From the NCBI RefSeq assembly GCF_054482525.1, contig NZ_CM137006.1: a stretch of DNA of 64,000 bases, one strand, 5' to 3'. Within the stretch, counting starts at the first letter, position 1; the number at the start of each line of letters is the position of its first letter. The notes beneath the pieces were generated by a model. The model searched no databases. It worked only from the letters and a program-made list of their open reading frames with translations, and was not told the DNA's origin. Positions 20,601 through 30,658 of the stretch are shown here, one piece after another. The position numbers were made by a program, and so were the translations under genes.

Positions 20601-21332
20601 GAGTTTTTTTACCGCCGTATTATCAGTAGCAACGACCTTTAACCACTCCTTTGAATGGAGACTTGACCGGGAGCTTTCAAAACTGGCGAGTTCATTGGCT
20701 ATTTCAGGTTTTTCCGGGAGGATCAGCGCAATAAAAGGACGGCGAATTTTGGGTATTCCTGGCAGTGCGGCAATGAGTTTATCGGCACAACGCTGCCAGC
20801 AACTTTCCTCTGCCAGCGACAGATGCTTACGCAAACGGAGATCGAAATCGTTATAGGTCGCGGAGCCATAACCGTAGCTATAGTCCTCGTCCTGATACTG
20901 CAAAGTGACGACCAGTGAGTCACTCTCATAACGCCGCGCAATGCACTGACGCGATATCACTACATCCGTCGCATATTCCAGCCCCTCTTGTTGCACGATT
21001 TCATCAAGTAACTGCTGGCTGTCATTTTGCGCGATACAGATCAGAGCCGCCATGGTAAGGGCTGGGATTGACGGTTTATGCTCGCCAGTCAAATTGATTG
21101 CCTGCTGGATGGCGGACTGCCACTCCAGTGAGCATTTATCATAATTCCAGGTGATATTTTCCTTCTGGCCTGCTTGTTGTAGTAATTCATCTCCCAATGT
21201 CTGGATGAGACTTCCAGTGATAACGGACACTGGTTCGCCCGGCCAGCGACGATGACTGAGCGGCGTTTTGCCTTTTTTATATTTCAGTTCCAGTTGGGCG
21301 TTATCCGCCAGCCACGGTAATTCCTTGTCCAT
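17700..21332 (-). CDS. yehI: 1210-aa DUF4132-type protein, paralog of MolR
   Basis: Same length as K-12 YehI. It shares long conserved blocks with the upstream 1249-aa ORF, for example FGPRQFTVRFDE and LFADYEIMPPFRQL. Confidence 0.9.
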   Translation of the reverse strand: MDKELPWLADNAQLELKYKKGKTPLSHRRWPGEPVSVITGSLIQTLGDELLQQAGQKENITWNYDKCSLEWQSAIQQAINLTGEHKPSIPALTMAALICIAQNDSQQLLDEIVQQEGLEYATDVVISRQCIARRYESDSLVVTLQYQDEDYSYGYGSATYNDFDLRLRKHLSLAEESCWQRCADKLIAALPGIPKIRRPFIALILPEKPEIANELASFESSRSSLHSKEWLKVVATDNTAVKKLERYWGLDVFSDREASYMSQENRFGYAACAALLREQGLAAVPRLAMYAHKEDCGSLLVQINHPQVIRTLLLVADKNKPSLQRVAKYSKNFPHATLAALAELLALKEPPARPGYPIIEDKKLPAQQKARDEYWRTLLQTLMASQPQLAEEVMPWLSTQARAMLNSYLSAPSKTVIDSTDNSQMPEILVSPPWRSKKKMTVPRLDLAPFELTPQVYWQPGERERLAATASARYFSTESLAERMEQKSGRVVLQELGFGDDVWLFLNYILPGKLDAARNSLIVQWHYYPGRVEEIMNGWSSPEAQLAEQALHSGHVEVLINIWENDSYSRYRREKSIWNLYLLAQLPREMALTFWLRINEKKHLSAGEDYFLSIFGLDALPGLLLAFSHRPKETFPLILNFGATELALPVARVWRRFAAQRDLARQWILQWPEHTATALIPLVFTKSSDNSEAALLALRLLYEQGHGELLQTVANRWQRKDVWPALEQLLKQSPIEIYPTRIPKAPDFWQPAMWSRPRLITNNQPVTDDALEIIGEMLRFTQGGRFYSGLEQLKTFCQPQTLAAFAWDLFTAWQQAGAPAKDNWAFLALSLFGDESTARDLTTQILAWPQEGKSARAVSGLNILTQMNNDMALIQLHHISQRAKSRPLRDNAAEFLQVVAENRGLSQEQLADRLVPTLGLDDPQALIFDFGPRQFTVRFDENLNPVIFDQQNVRQKSVPRLRADDDQLKAPEALARLKGLKKDATQVSKNLLPRLETALRTTRRWSLADFHSLFVNHPFTRLVTQRLIWGVYPANEPRRLLNAFRVAAEGEFCNEQDEPIDLPADALIGIAHPLEMAAEMRSEFAQLFADYEIMPPFRQLARRTVLLTPDESASNSLNRWEGKSATVGQLMGMRYKGWESGYENAFVYDLGEYRLVLKFSSGFNHYNVDSKALMSFRSLHVYRDNKSVTFAELDVFDLSEALSAPDVIFH

Positions 21333-21341
21333 GCTCTTTCC

Positions 21342-24300
21342 TTATTCAAACAGGGCTTCAATATCGTTAATTAGCTCGCTGGCGGTGATGGCATCGAGTA
21401 CGGAGAGCTGCGCTTCCTGTGTTGAATTACTCCTCCAGCCATAGCTTTCTGCTTTGCCTTCCCATAGCCACAGCTTGCTTAAGATTTGCTCGGCACTCAG
21501 TTCGGCTGGTGACATACCCACCGCAAAACCTTCATCGATTTCCATGATTAACGACCAGCGGCCCAGAGGTTTGATCATCCAGCCGATCCAGCCTGCATCC
21601 AGCGGGGTGCCCTTTATCCAACCTTTATTCGCCAGTCCCATGACCCGACCGCTCGGGCATTTTCTGCCTGCCCAGCGGATCAATTCGCTGGCATTGCGCT
21701 CGGTTTCTGTCAGGGCGTAACTGTTACGGTCGAGCTGGCGAAACGGCGGTAGCAGTTCGTAGTCGGCAAAAAGCTGACCAAAGGCGGCAGCATCCGTGGG
21801 TGATATTTCCAGAACGTGAGGAATACCAACAGAGATATCGCCTTCCGGCGGGGTGAAAAGATCATCGTCAGCGGTGCTGTAGCTGTTATCTTCCGCCACG
21901 CGAAAGCAAGCCAGTAGCTCGTTTTCGGCGCTATAAACGCCCCAAATCAGACGGCGGGTTAAGTGACGAACCAGCGGATGCTCAACCAGGAAGAGCTGAA
22001 AGTTTTCCGGCGACCAGCGGCGGCGCAGGCACATGGCGGATTCCAGCCTTGCTACCTGCTGGGCGGCGACGGTACGCGCATCTTTTTTCAGCAATTTGTA
22101 GCGGTTAACAGCATCGTTCGCCTGTGATTCATCATCGCTTTTATTGGGTTTAGGTAAGTCTTTCAGGCGGCTGCCGGAAACATCGCGCACAAACGGTTTT
22201 AAGGTTTCATCAAAGCTGACGGTGAACTGCCGTGGGCCAAAATCCAGCAGCAGCGAACCGTTATCATCCAGACCGAGATCCGGTGCTAACCGGTCTTCAA
22301 GTTCCGCCACCGTGAGTTCGCGGCTCTCGGCAATGTCGGCAATTTTTTCTTTCGCCCGCTCCTGTAAGGCTTTGAATTTCAGTTTCTGGGCGATGCCGTT
22401 AAGCTGCATCAGGGCGATATCGCTGCCGATAGCAGCGAGAATATCCAACCCAACGGTGGCACGTTTATGCTGAGATTCGCCAGGCCAGGCGCGGATTAAT
22501 GGCGTCAGTTTGCGGGCGGCGTCATCGTTACCGAGAACGCCTAACGCAGTGAACGCCCAACTCTCTTTCGACGGCGCGCCAGCGGTCTGCCAGGCGGTAA
22601 ACAGATCCCAGGCAAATTCAGCCAGTGAGTCGGCGGTACAGGCATCTTTCACCTGCAATAATCCCGGATACAGCGCCTCCTCCTGATGGAAGCGGAGCAT
22701 TTCACCGAGGTGCTGGAGTGCGCTATCGGGCAGTGATTGGGCGCTTGCTTTTAATACCGGGCGGTTCCAGAGCGATGGCTGATAAAAGGCCGGAAGAGTG
22801 GGGATTTTTGTCGGGTGATTATCTAAGGGATCGAGCGCAAGCAGAGCGTTCACCGCGTCTGTTACTTCCGGCTGGTTATAACGCCGGGCGATTTCTTGCA
22901 GTAATGGCTGATGACCGTTTTCGGTAAGCATACGCAAGGCAGCGCGGGCGTTATCCTGTGCTTCACCGGATTTGCCGAGCGCCGAAGGTAGCAGGCCGGT
23001 AATGGCGTGTTCCGGGTATTTCAGCAGCCAGGTGCGGGCGTCTTGTCGTAGGGTTTTGAGTTTGTTGAAGGCGCGGGCGATCAGTGGCGCTAATTCGATA
23101 GCCGCAAAATATTGTGCTACAGGCAGAGCTTCTTGTGGATAGCGTGAAAAGGAGTGAATAAAACCCTGTAACCCAGTGAGTTGCAGGTGCGTCATGACAA
23201 ACTCGACACCGACGTGTGGCTCTTTACTGAGGACATTCCACGCCTGCGCTGTCTTTTCGATAGGCAGGGTGGCTAACATGTAAAGCTGCCATTCCCGTTG
23301 ATAGGAGTGCCAGAAGGTTTTAAATTCGCTGATCAGCGCGGAATAATGTCCCCTTTGCCAGAGATCTATAGCAGCATCAGGCGCTTTCATATACTGGCCA
23401 TTATTCCAGCGATTGAAACCCAGACGTGCCAGGTAGTTCTGAATATCCTCTTTTTGGCCGATGTCTATTTGATGTGCGTGCCAGCGATGCCTTGCATGAA
23501 TCTCTTTTTCTGCCGTCTCGGTCAATGTGCAGCATGACTCCAACGATAATGGCGTTAAATCCAATACCGGTATAACAGATTTTTTCTTTTTCGAAAGCCA
23601 GGGCGGTGAGACTAATACGGCAGGCAGTAGATCGGCGCAGGCATGGTTTGAGGGCTGTGTCAGTTGTTGCAGGCATGCTTTCAGCACTGCAACTGCGGGT
23701 GTTGAGAGCCAGGGAGTGACCTGTTCTGCTAGTGCCGGTTGCGAGATAAGCATCGTCATTAGCATAATGCGCCAACTATTCTCTTCTTTTTGCGCAAGAA
23801 GTTCCGCCAGTGCCGCCAGTGCCGTGTGTGGGAACGCAGCGCAAGCCTTAGTCATTCGTTCATGGCAGCGTTTAGTTTTGCCAGACACACGTATAAGTAG
23901 CATTAATGCTTGTGGGTGATTGATCTCTGCGAGAATACTTCCGCAAAGATCAGCATAAGCATAGGGGGCGAAGCGAGCGATTCCGGCAATCCCTTGCTCC
24001 TGCAAAACGGTGACATTCCAGATGCAACCATGGTAATAGTCATTAAAAAGGTCGTACGCGCAATAAGATTCCAGTGCTTTGAGCAAGGAAGATTCTTGTA
24101 CAACAAGTTTCAGCCATTCAACAGTTTGGATATTTTTCTGCTCCAGTAACCGTCGTGCGATTTCTTCTGCAATCTCCGGGCGTTCCGGTAGCATTAGCGC
24201 TACCATCGGTTGTTGAACGGGAGGAATATCAGGCAAAGCTGTAATGAATTTATCTACACAGCGTTGCCACAAAGTTTCTTCTGCTAGAGCCAAATGTTTA

Positions 24301-25091
24301 CGCAGTCGAACGTCAAAGGGGGTAACACAATGTGCATGGTTTAATAATGGCTGAAAAGTAATGTGTATGCTTATTCTGTGATAAGTGCAATCGAACGAGA
24401 TATATTGCATGGCAATAAACATATCCACGGCAAATTCTAGTCCGTAGACATAGACAATTTCATCCATGAGTTCAGGGCATTCGTCCCAGAATTTACGTGA
24501 AACCAGAACAACCTGTACAGCCAACGCAGCAGGAGAAAGTGGACCATTAGCGAGAGCTTCATTGATATTCTGCTGCCAGTTAGCAGAACATGCACTGAAA
24601 TCGTATGTTGTTATTTTTCCTGATAGATTATGAATATCCTGACCTAAATTCATAAGGAGGCTGTCTTGTGGTTCGCTTACAGCATCCCCAGGAAAACGTC
24701 GGGAAGGTAAGGCCTCCTGAGACTTTTTCTCCGATAGATGGATAGTGGAATCATCTGTCAGCCACGGGCATGGTGTCTCAGCAGGTTCAGCAACCATACT
24801 TTGGTCAAATACGACTGTGGTTTCTGCCACGCCAGTTGTATCTACTTCGATCGTTTCTATTTTGATTGCGGGTTGGGATGGCGAAGATAATTCTTCCACA
24901 TACCCCTTCTTCACCTTCTCCGCAATCAGCTTCAGTCCCGCTTTTTCCGCCGCTGCTGCATCCGCAAAGCTTTTTACCTGGTTTTGCCCTTTGGTGCCAA
25001 CTTTTCCCCAACAGATATGCAACTCGTTTCCCTGTTGCTCCACCGCCCAGAATTTATGTGATTTTTCGTCCTGAAAGATAAAGTGCCTCAT
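21342..25091 (-). CDS. molR: 1249-aa WGR-domain plus DUF4132-type protein (intact here; split pseudogene in K-12 as I recall)
   Basis: N-terminal WGR-like motif (KFWAVEQQGNELHICWGKVGTKGQ). It is an uninterrupted ORF at the position of molR/yehH. Confidence 0.85.
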   Translation of the reverse strand: MRHFIFQDEKSHKFWAVEQQGNELHICWGKVGTKGQNQVKSFADAAAAEKAGLKLIAEKVKKGYVEELSSPSQPAIKIETIEVDTTGVAETTVVFDQSMVAEPAETPCPWLTDDSTIHLSEKKSQEALPSRRFPGDAVSEPQDSLLMNLGQDIHNLSGKITTYDFSACSANWQQNINEALANGPLSPAALAVQVVLVSRKFWDECPELMDEIVYVYGLEFAVDMFIAMQYISFDCTYHRISIHITFQPLLNHAHCVTPFDVRLRKHLALAEETLWQRCVDKFITALPDIPPVQQPMVALMLPERPEIAEEIARRLLEQKNIQTVEWLKLVVQESSLLKALESYCAYDLFNDYYHGCIWNVTVLQEQGIAGIARFAPYAYADLCGSILAEINHPQALMLLIRVSGKTKRCHERMTKACAAFPHTALAALAELLAQKEENSWRIMLMTMLISQPALAEQVTPWLSTPAVAVLKACLQQLTQPSNHACADLLPAVLVSPPWLSKKKKSVIPVLDLTPLSLESCCTLTETAEKEIHARHRWHAHQIDIGQKEDIQNYLARLGFNRWNNGQYMKAPDAAIDLWQRGHYSALISEFKTFWHSYQREWQLYMLATLPIEKTAQAWNVLSKEPHVGVEFVMTHLQLTGLQGFIHSFSRYPQEALPVAQYFAAIELAPLIARAFNKLKTLRQDARTWLLKYPEHAITGLLPSALGKSGEAQDNARAALRMLTENGHQPLLQEIARRYNQPEVTDAVNALLALDPLDNHPTKIPTLPAFYQPSLWNRPVLKASAQSLPDSALQHLGEMLRFHQEEALYPGLLQVKDACTADSLAEFAWDLFTAWQTAGAPSKESWAFTALGVLGNDDAARKLTPLIRAWPGESQHKRATVGLDILAAIGSDIALMQLNGIAQKLKFKALQERAKEKIADIAESRELTVAELEDRLAPDLGLDDNGSLLLDFGPRQFTVSFDETLKPFVRDVSGSRLKDLPKPNKSDDESQANDAVNRYKLLKKDARTVAAQQVARLESAMCLRRRWSPENFQLFLVEHPLVRHLTRRLIWGVYSAENELLACFRVAEDNSYSTADDDLFTPPEGDISVGIPHVLEISPTDAAAFGQLFADYELLPPFRQLDRNSYALTETERNASELIRWAGRKCPSGRVMGLANKGWIKGTPLDAGWIGWMIKPLGRWSLIMEIDEGFAVGMSPAELSAEQILSKLWLWEGKAESYGWRSNSTQEAQLSVLDAITASELINDIEALFE

Positions 25092-25196
25092 TCTGCATCC
25101 CTGTAATTTTATCCAGTTGAATGCTGATGCTACCAGTATTTATGCGGGTTAGAGAGAGACAAAATCGCAAGAAAACAACTTTAGGAATTTATAAAG

Positions 25197-25220
25197 AAAA
25201 GGCGCTGTCGATACAGCGCC
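25197..25220 (-). terminator. intrinsic terminator of metG
   Basis: GGCGCTGT-cgat-ACAGCGCC stem with a T-run on the minus strand (the A-run at 25197-25200 on plus). Confidence 0.7.
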
Positions 25221-25231
25221 TTGAAAGGAGA

Positions 25232-27265
25232 TTATTTCACCTGATGACCCGGTTTAGCACCGGCATCCGGGCTTAGCAGGAAAATATCTTTCCCGCCAGG
25301 ACCGGCAGCCATCACCATGCCTTCGGAGATACCGAAGCGCATTTTACGTGGTGCCAGGTTAGCCACCATAATGGTGTGACGACCAATCAGTGCCTGCGGA
25401 TCCGGGTAAGCAGAACGAATGCCGGAGAAGACATTGCGTTTTTCACCGCCGAGATCCAGCGTCAGGCGCAGCAGTTTGTCAGAACCTTCAACAAACTCTG
25501 CGTTTTCAATCAGTGCCACGCGCAGGTCAACTTTGGCGAAGTCATCAAAGGTGATAGTTTCCTGGATTGGATCGTCAGCCAGCGGGCCAGTTACCGGCGC
25601 GGCAGCGGCTTTTACTTCTTCTTTAGATGCTTCCACCAGTGCTTCAACCTGCTTCATATCGATGCGGTTATACAGCGCCTTGAACGGATTCACTTTATGG
25701 CCCAACAGCGGTTGCTGGATACCATGCCAGGTCAGTTCTGTATTGAGGAATGCTTCTGCACGCTCGGTCAGTTTCGGCAGTACCGGCTTCAGGTAAGTCA
25801 TCAGCACGCGGAACAGGTTGATGCCCATCGAGCAAATTGCCTGCAGGTCGGCATCGCGGTCTTCCTGTTTCGCCACCACCCACGGAGCCTGTTCATCGAC
25901 ATAGCGGTTAGCCAGATCAGCCAGCGCCATAATTTCGCGTACTGCTTTACCAAATTCGCGGCTTTCCCACGCTTCACCAATCACTTCAGCGGCATCAGTG
26001 AAGGTTTTGTACAGTTGCGGGTCAGCCAGTTCGCTTGCCAGCACACCGTCAAAACGCTTGTTGATAAAGCCAGCGTTACGGGAGGCCAGGTTAACCACTT
26101 TATTCACGATATCGGCATTCACGCGCTGAACGAAATCTTCCAGGTTGAGATCGATATCATCAATGCGCGAAGAGAGTTTCGCAGTGTAGTAGTAACGCAG
26201 GCTGTCAGCGTCAAAATGATTCAGCCAGGTGCTGGCTTTAATAAAGGTGCCGCGAGACTTGGACATCTTCGCGCCGTTCACCGTCACATAGCCATGAACA
26301 AACAGGTTAGTCGGCTTGCGGAAGTTGCTGCCTTCCAGCATGGCAGGCCAGAACAGGCTGTGGAAGTAAACGATATCTTTACCGATGAAGTGGTACAGCT
26401 CGGCGGTGGAATCTTTCTTCCAGTATTCATCGAAGCTGGTGGTGTCGCCGCGTTTGTCGCACAGATTCTTGAAGGAACCCATGTAGCCAATCGGCGCGTC
26501 CAGCCAGACGTAGAAATATTTGCCCGGTGCGTTCGGAATTTCAAAACCGAAGTACGGCGCATCGCGGGAGATATCCCACTGTTGCAGGCCAGATTCAAAC
26601 CACTCCTGCATTTTGTTTGCCACCTGCTCCTGCAACGCACCGCTGCGGGTCCATGCCTGCAACATTTCGCTGAAAGAGGGCAGATCAAAGAAGAAGTGTT
26701 CAGAATCACGCATTACCGGCGTAGCACCAGAAACCACCGATTTCGGCTCGATCAATTCAGTCGGGCTGTAGGTCGCGCCGCAGACTTCGCAGTTATCGCC
26801 GTATTGATCCGGGGATTTACATTTCGGGCAGGTGCCTTTCACAAAACGGTCCGGTAGGAACATGCCTTTTTCCGGATCGTACAGCTGAGAAATAGTGCGG
26901 TTTTTAATAAAACCGTTTTCTTTCAGGCGAGAGTAGATAAGTTCTGACAACTGGCGGTTCTCTTCGCTGTGCGTCGAGTGATAGTTGTCATAGCTGATGT
27001 TAAAGCCTGCGAAATCAGTCTGATGCTCCTGACTCATTTCGCCAATCATCTGCTCCGGGGTGATACCGAGCTGCTGAGCTTTCAGCATGATCGGTGTACC
27101 GTGGGCATCGTCGGCGCAGATGAAGTTGACCTCGTGGCCGCGCATTCGCTGGTAACGGACCCAGACATCAGCCTGGATGTGCTCCAGCATATGGCCGAGG
27201 TGGATTGAGCCGTTAGCGTACGGCAGTGCGCACGTCACCAGAATTTTCTTCGCGACTTGAGTCAT
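25232..27265 (-). CDS. metG: methionyl-tRNA synthetase
   Basis: Start at [25 protein letters not shown] (HIGH motif). KMSKS is present. 677 aa, as in K-12. Confidence 0.97.
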   Translation of the reverse strand: MTQVAKKILVTCALPYANGSIHLGHMLEHIQADVWVRYQRMRGHEVNFICADDAHGTPIMLKAQQLGITPEQMIGEMSQEHQTDFAGFNISYDNYHSTHSEENRQLSELIYSRLKENGFIKNRTISQLYDPEKGMFLPDRFVKGTCPKCKSPDQYGDNCEVCGATYSPTELIEPKSVVSGATPVMRDSEHFFFDLPSFSEMLQAWTRSGALQEQVANKMQEWFESGLQQWDISRDAPYFGFEIPNAPGKYFYVWLDAPIGYMGSFKNLCDKRGDTTSFDEYWKKDSTAELYHFIGKDIVYFHSLFWPAMLEGSNFRKPTNLFVHGYVTVNGAKMSKSRGTFIKASTWLNHFDADSLRYYYTAKLSSRIDDIDLNLEDFVQRVNADIVNKVVNLASRNAGFINKRFDGVLASELADPQLYKTFTDAAEVIGEAWESREFGKAVREIMALADLANRYVDEQAPWVVAKQEDRDADLQAICSMGINLFRVLMTYLKPVLPKLTERAEAFLNTELTWHGIQQPLLGHKVNPFKALYNRIDMKQVEALVEASKEEVKAAAAPVTGPLADDPIQETITFDDFAKVDLRVALIENAEFVEGSDKLLRLTLDLGGEKRNVFSGIRSAYPDPQALIGRHTIMVANLAPRKMRFGISEGMVMAAGPGGKDIFLLSPDAGAKPGHQVK

Positions 27266-27396
27266 AGTAGGCATTACTTCTTAATAGTGAAAAGGGGTTA
27301 GATAGTACCAAATGGGAAAATGTTAAGTAAGTACTTCTCTATATTCTTCAGGTAAACTATCAGCTGATGGTTTATCTATACAAAAAAGGAGTCGGG

Positions 27397-28506
27397 ATGA
27401 ACGAACAATCCCAGGCCAAATCACCAGAAGCCTTGCGCGCAATGGTCGCCGGGACACTGGCCAATTTTCAGCACCCAACCCTGAAGCATAACCTCACCAC
27501 GCTGAAAGCGTTGCACCATGTCGCCTGGATGGACGACACGTTGCATGTGGAACTGGTTATGCCATTCGTCTGGCATAGCGCGTTCGAAGAGTTAAAAGAG
27601 CAATGTAGCGCCGAACTGCTGCGCATCACCGGGGCGAAAGCTATCGACTGGAAACTGTCGCACAATATCGCCACCTTAAAACGCGTGAAGAATCAGCCGG
27701 GAATTAACGGCGTGAAGAACATCATTGCGGTCAGCTCCGGTAAAGGCGGCGTGGGTAAATCCTCCACGGCGGTAAACCTGGCGCTGGCACTGGCGGCGGA
27801 AGGGGCGAAAGTCGGCATTCTGGACGCCGATATCTACGGCCCATCAATCCCCACCATGCTGGGCGCAGAAAATCAGCGTCCAACTTCGCCGGACGGTACC
27901 CATATGGCACCGATTATGTCTCATGGACTGGCAACCAATTCAATTGGTTATCTGGTCACTGACGACAATGCGATGGTGTGGCGTGGTCCGATGGCGAGCA
28001 AGGCGTTAATGCAGATGTTGCAGGAAACCTTGTGGCCGGATCTCGACTATCTGGTGCTTGATATGCCGCCAGGCACCGGTGACATTCAATTGACACTGGC
28101 ACAAAACATTCCAGTAACTGGCGCGGTAGTGGTCACCACCCCGCAGGACATTGCGTTGATCGATGCGAAAAAAGGCATTGTGATGTTCGAGAAAGTCGAG
28201 GTTCCGGTGCTCGGTATTGTCGAGAACATGAGTGTGCATATTTGCAGTAACTGTGGTCACCATGAACCGATTTTCGGTACCGGTGGTGCAGAGAAACTGG
28301 CCGAGAAATACCACACGCAGTTGCTGGGGCAGATGCCGTTACACATCTCCTTACGTGAAGATCTCGATAAAGGCACGCCAACGGTTATCAGCCGTCCGGA
28401 GAGCGAATTTACCGCTATCTACCGCCAGCTGGCTGACCGCGTTGCAGCCCAGCTTTATTGGCAGGGAGAAGTCATTCCTGGCGAGATTTCCTTCCGCGCG
28501 GTCTGA
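27397..28506 (+). CDS. mrp: Mrp/ApbC Fe-S cluster carrier ATPase
   Basis: Start at MNEQSQAKSPE (369 aa, as in K-12) after an AGGAG Shine-Dalgarno. Deviant Walker A SGKGGVGKSS. Confidence 0.94.
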   Translation: MNEQSQAKSPEALRAMVAGTLANFQHPTLKHNLTTLKALHHVAWMDDTLHVELVMPFVWHSAFEELKEQCSAELLRITGAKAIDWKLSHNIATLKRVKNQPGINGVKNIIAVSSGKGGVGKSSTAVNLALALAAEGAKVGILDADIYGPSIPTMLGAENQRPTSPDGTHMAPIMSHGLATNSIGYLVTDDNAMVWRGPMASKALMQMLQETLWPDLDYLVLDMPPGTGDIQLTLAQNIPVTGAVVVTTPQDIALIDAKKGIVMFEKVEVPVLGIVENMSVHICSNCGHHEPIFGTGGAEKLAEKYHTQLLGQMPLHISLREDLDKGTPTVISRPESEFTAIYRQLADRVAAQLYWQGEVIPGEISFRAV

Positions 28507-28768
28507 CGCGCATTAACCTTTTTGGTTGTTTTTCATACACCGCAGAGATGTTACATTGATGCGGTGTATTTGTTTTTGCCGCATTAATGAACACTTATTT
28601 AATGCTGTGAATATTCTGCGGACCTTCGTCCGAAACTCTATAAAGTCGATTGATCGTACAGGCAATGCTTCATTATCATCCTTCGTGGCTGTGTAGTGGA
28701 TGTACAGCTATAGTTTGTTATGCACTCATTCTATCCAGGCATAACCTTTACTACAGGGATAACGTTCA

Positions 28769-29050
28769 ATGAATAAGTACTGGCTGTCAGGAATTATTTT
28801 TCTTGCCTATGGAATGGCTTCTCCCGCGTTCTCTTCACAGACTGCCACATTAACGATTAATGGCAGGATCAGTCCCCCAACATGCAGTATGGTTATGGTT
28901 AATGGTCAACCTCAACAGCATTGTGGTCAGTTAACGTATGATGTTGATACCCGTCATCAGGTTTCTTCGCCAGTCAAAGGTGTAACGACAGAAGTGGTTG
29001 TTGCAGGTAGCGATAGCAAACGTCGAATCGTGTTAAATCGCTACGATTAA
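28769..29050 (+). CDS. yehE: small secreted protein (DUF2574) upstream of the yeh fimbrial genes
   Basis: 93 aa with a signal peptide. Length and position match K-12 YehE. Confidence 0.85.
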   Translation: MNKYWLSGIIFLAYGMASPAFSSQTATLTINGRISPPTCSMVMVNGQPQQHCGQLTYDVDTRHQVSSPVKGVTTEVVVAGSDSKRRIVLNRYD

Positions 29051-29345
29051 TTTGCCACCCTGGTTTTTTAATCGGATTTAGAAAGCTGAAATCATTCGTG
29101 TGAATGATTTCAGCTTTTTTATTGATATCAATAATACCATTTACAAAAATCTGCATTAATTAATAGATGTGATAAATATTTAATATGCTTAAGTATTTGT
29201 TGTATTTATATTGCAATAGTTAATTTGTTTTAAATCAATAAAACAATATGTTTACATTGCGGCAACTTTTTTGATGTGAGAAATTTGTTTCCAAGAGATA
29301 CAGACTCTTAACAACCAAAAAATAAATTTTATTAAGGAACATATT

Positions 29346-29888
29346 ATGAAACGTTCAATTATTGCTGCCGCTGTCTTTTCTTCTTTTTTTATGAGCGCTG
29401 GGGTATTTGCCGCAGACGTTGATACCGGAACATTAACCATTAAAGGGAATATTGCAGAATCTCCGTGTAAATTCGAAGCGGGTGGCGACTCAGTAAGTAT
29501 TAATATGCCAACTGTACCAACCACTGTCTTTGAAGGTAAAGCTAAATACTCGACCTATGATGATGCAGTCGGTGTAACCAGCAGCATGTTAAAAATTAGC
29601 TGTCCGAAAGAAGTTGCTGGTGTAAAACTCTCGTTGATTACCAACGATAAAATAACCGGAAACGATAAGGCGATAGCCAGTAGCAACGATACCGTGGGGT
29701 ACTATCTCTATTTAGGTGATAACAGCGATGTCCTGGATGTTTCTGCACCTTTTAACATTGAGAGTTATAAAACAGCGGAAGGTCAATATGCTATTCCGTT
29801 TAAAGCAAAATACCTGAAGCTGACAGATAATTCAGTGCAATCAGGTGATGTGTTATCTTCTCTGGTTATGCGTGTGGCGCAGGATTAA
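29346..29888 (+). CDS. yehD: fimbrial major subunit-like protein
   Basis: 180 aa with a signal peptide and a fimbrillin-like sequence. It is the first gene of a chaperone-usher cluster. Confidence 0.9.
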   Translation: MKRSIIAAAVFSSFFMSAGVFAADVDTGTLTIKGNIAESPCKFEAGGDSVSINMPTVPTTVFEGKAKYSTYDDAVGVTSSMLKISCPKEVAGVKLSLITNDKITGNDKAIASSNDTVGYYLYLGDNSDVLDVSAPFNIESYKTAEGQYAIPFKAKYLKLTDNSVQSGDVLSSLVMRVAQD

Positions 29889-29924
29889 TAAATAAAATTT
29901 CAAGTTTCTCCAGGTAATAAACAT

Positions 29925-29950
29925 GGCCGCTATCCCCATGGCGGCCTTTT
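29925..29950 (+). terminator. hairpin plus T-run after yehD (possible attenuating terminator within the operon)
   Basis: GGCCGC...GCGGCC stem followed by TTTT. Confidence 0.5.
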
Positions 29951-29968
29951 AATTTAAGAGGCATTAAG

Positions 29969-30643
29969 ATGAAAGGATTATTAGCTTTACTCATTTCTTC
30001 TATGGTCCTTCCTGCACATGCCGGTATTGTTATCTACGGGACGCGTATTATTTACCCGGCAGAAAATAAAGAAGTGATGGTGCAGTTGATGAATCAGGGA
30101 AACCGTTCTTCGCTGCTGCAGGCGTGGATTGATGATGGTGATACGTCGTTACCACCAGAAAAAATTCAGGTTCCTTTCATGTTAACGCCACCAGTGGCAA
30201 AAATAGGGGCAAATTCCGGGCAGCAAGTAAAAATCAAAATTATGCCGAATAAACTGCCCACTAATAAAGAGAGCATTTTTTATCTGAATGTTCTGGATAT
30301 TCCACCAAATAGTCCAGAGCAAGAGGGCAAGAATGCACTGAAATTTGCAATGCAAAACAGAATAAAATTGTTTTACCGGCCTGCGGGTATTGCACCGGTA
30401 AATAAAGCGACATTTAAAAAGTTACTGGTAAATCGCAGTGGCAATGGATTGGTGATAAAAAATGACGCAGCAAATTGGGTGACGATTTCGGATGTCAAAG
30501 CTAATAATGTCAAAGTCAATTATGAAACTATTATGATTGCCCCCTTAGAAAGTCAGAGTATTAATGTCAAAAGTAATAATGCGAATAACTGGTATCTGAC
30601 CATTATCGATGACCATGGCAACTATATTAGTGACAAAATTTAA
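29969..30643 (+). CDS. yehC: periplasmic fimbrial chaperone (PapD-like)
   Basis: Signal peptide followed by a GIVIYGTRIIYP motif typical of PapD-family chaperones. Confidence 0.9.
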   Translation: MKGLLALLISSMVLPAHAGIVIYGTRIIYPAENKEVMVQLMNQGNRSSLLQAWIDDGDTSLPPEKIQVPFMLTPPVAKIGANSGQQVKIKIMPNKLPTNKESIFYLNVLDIPPNSPEQEGKNALKFAMQNRIKLFYRPAGIAPVNKATFKKLLVNRSGNGLVIKNDAANWVTISDVKANNVKVNYETIMIAPLESQSINVKSNNANNWYLTIIDDHGNYISDKI

Positions 30644-30658
30644 TTGCAGGAGCTGCCT

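Noticed and set aside
25376-26857. 493-aa ORF on the plus strand
   Set aside because: It lies entirely antisense to metG, whose identity is unambiguous. Its composition (R/Q/F/H-rich, no motifs) is typical of a shadow ORF in a highly expressed, codon-biased gene.
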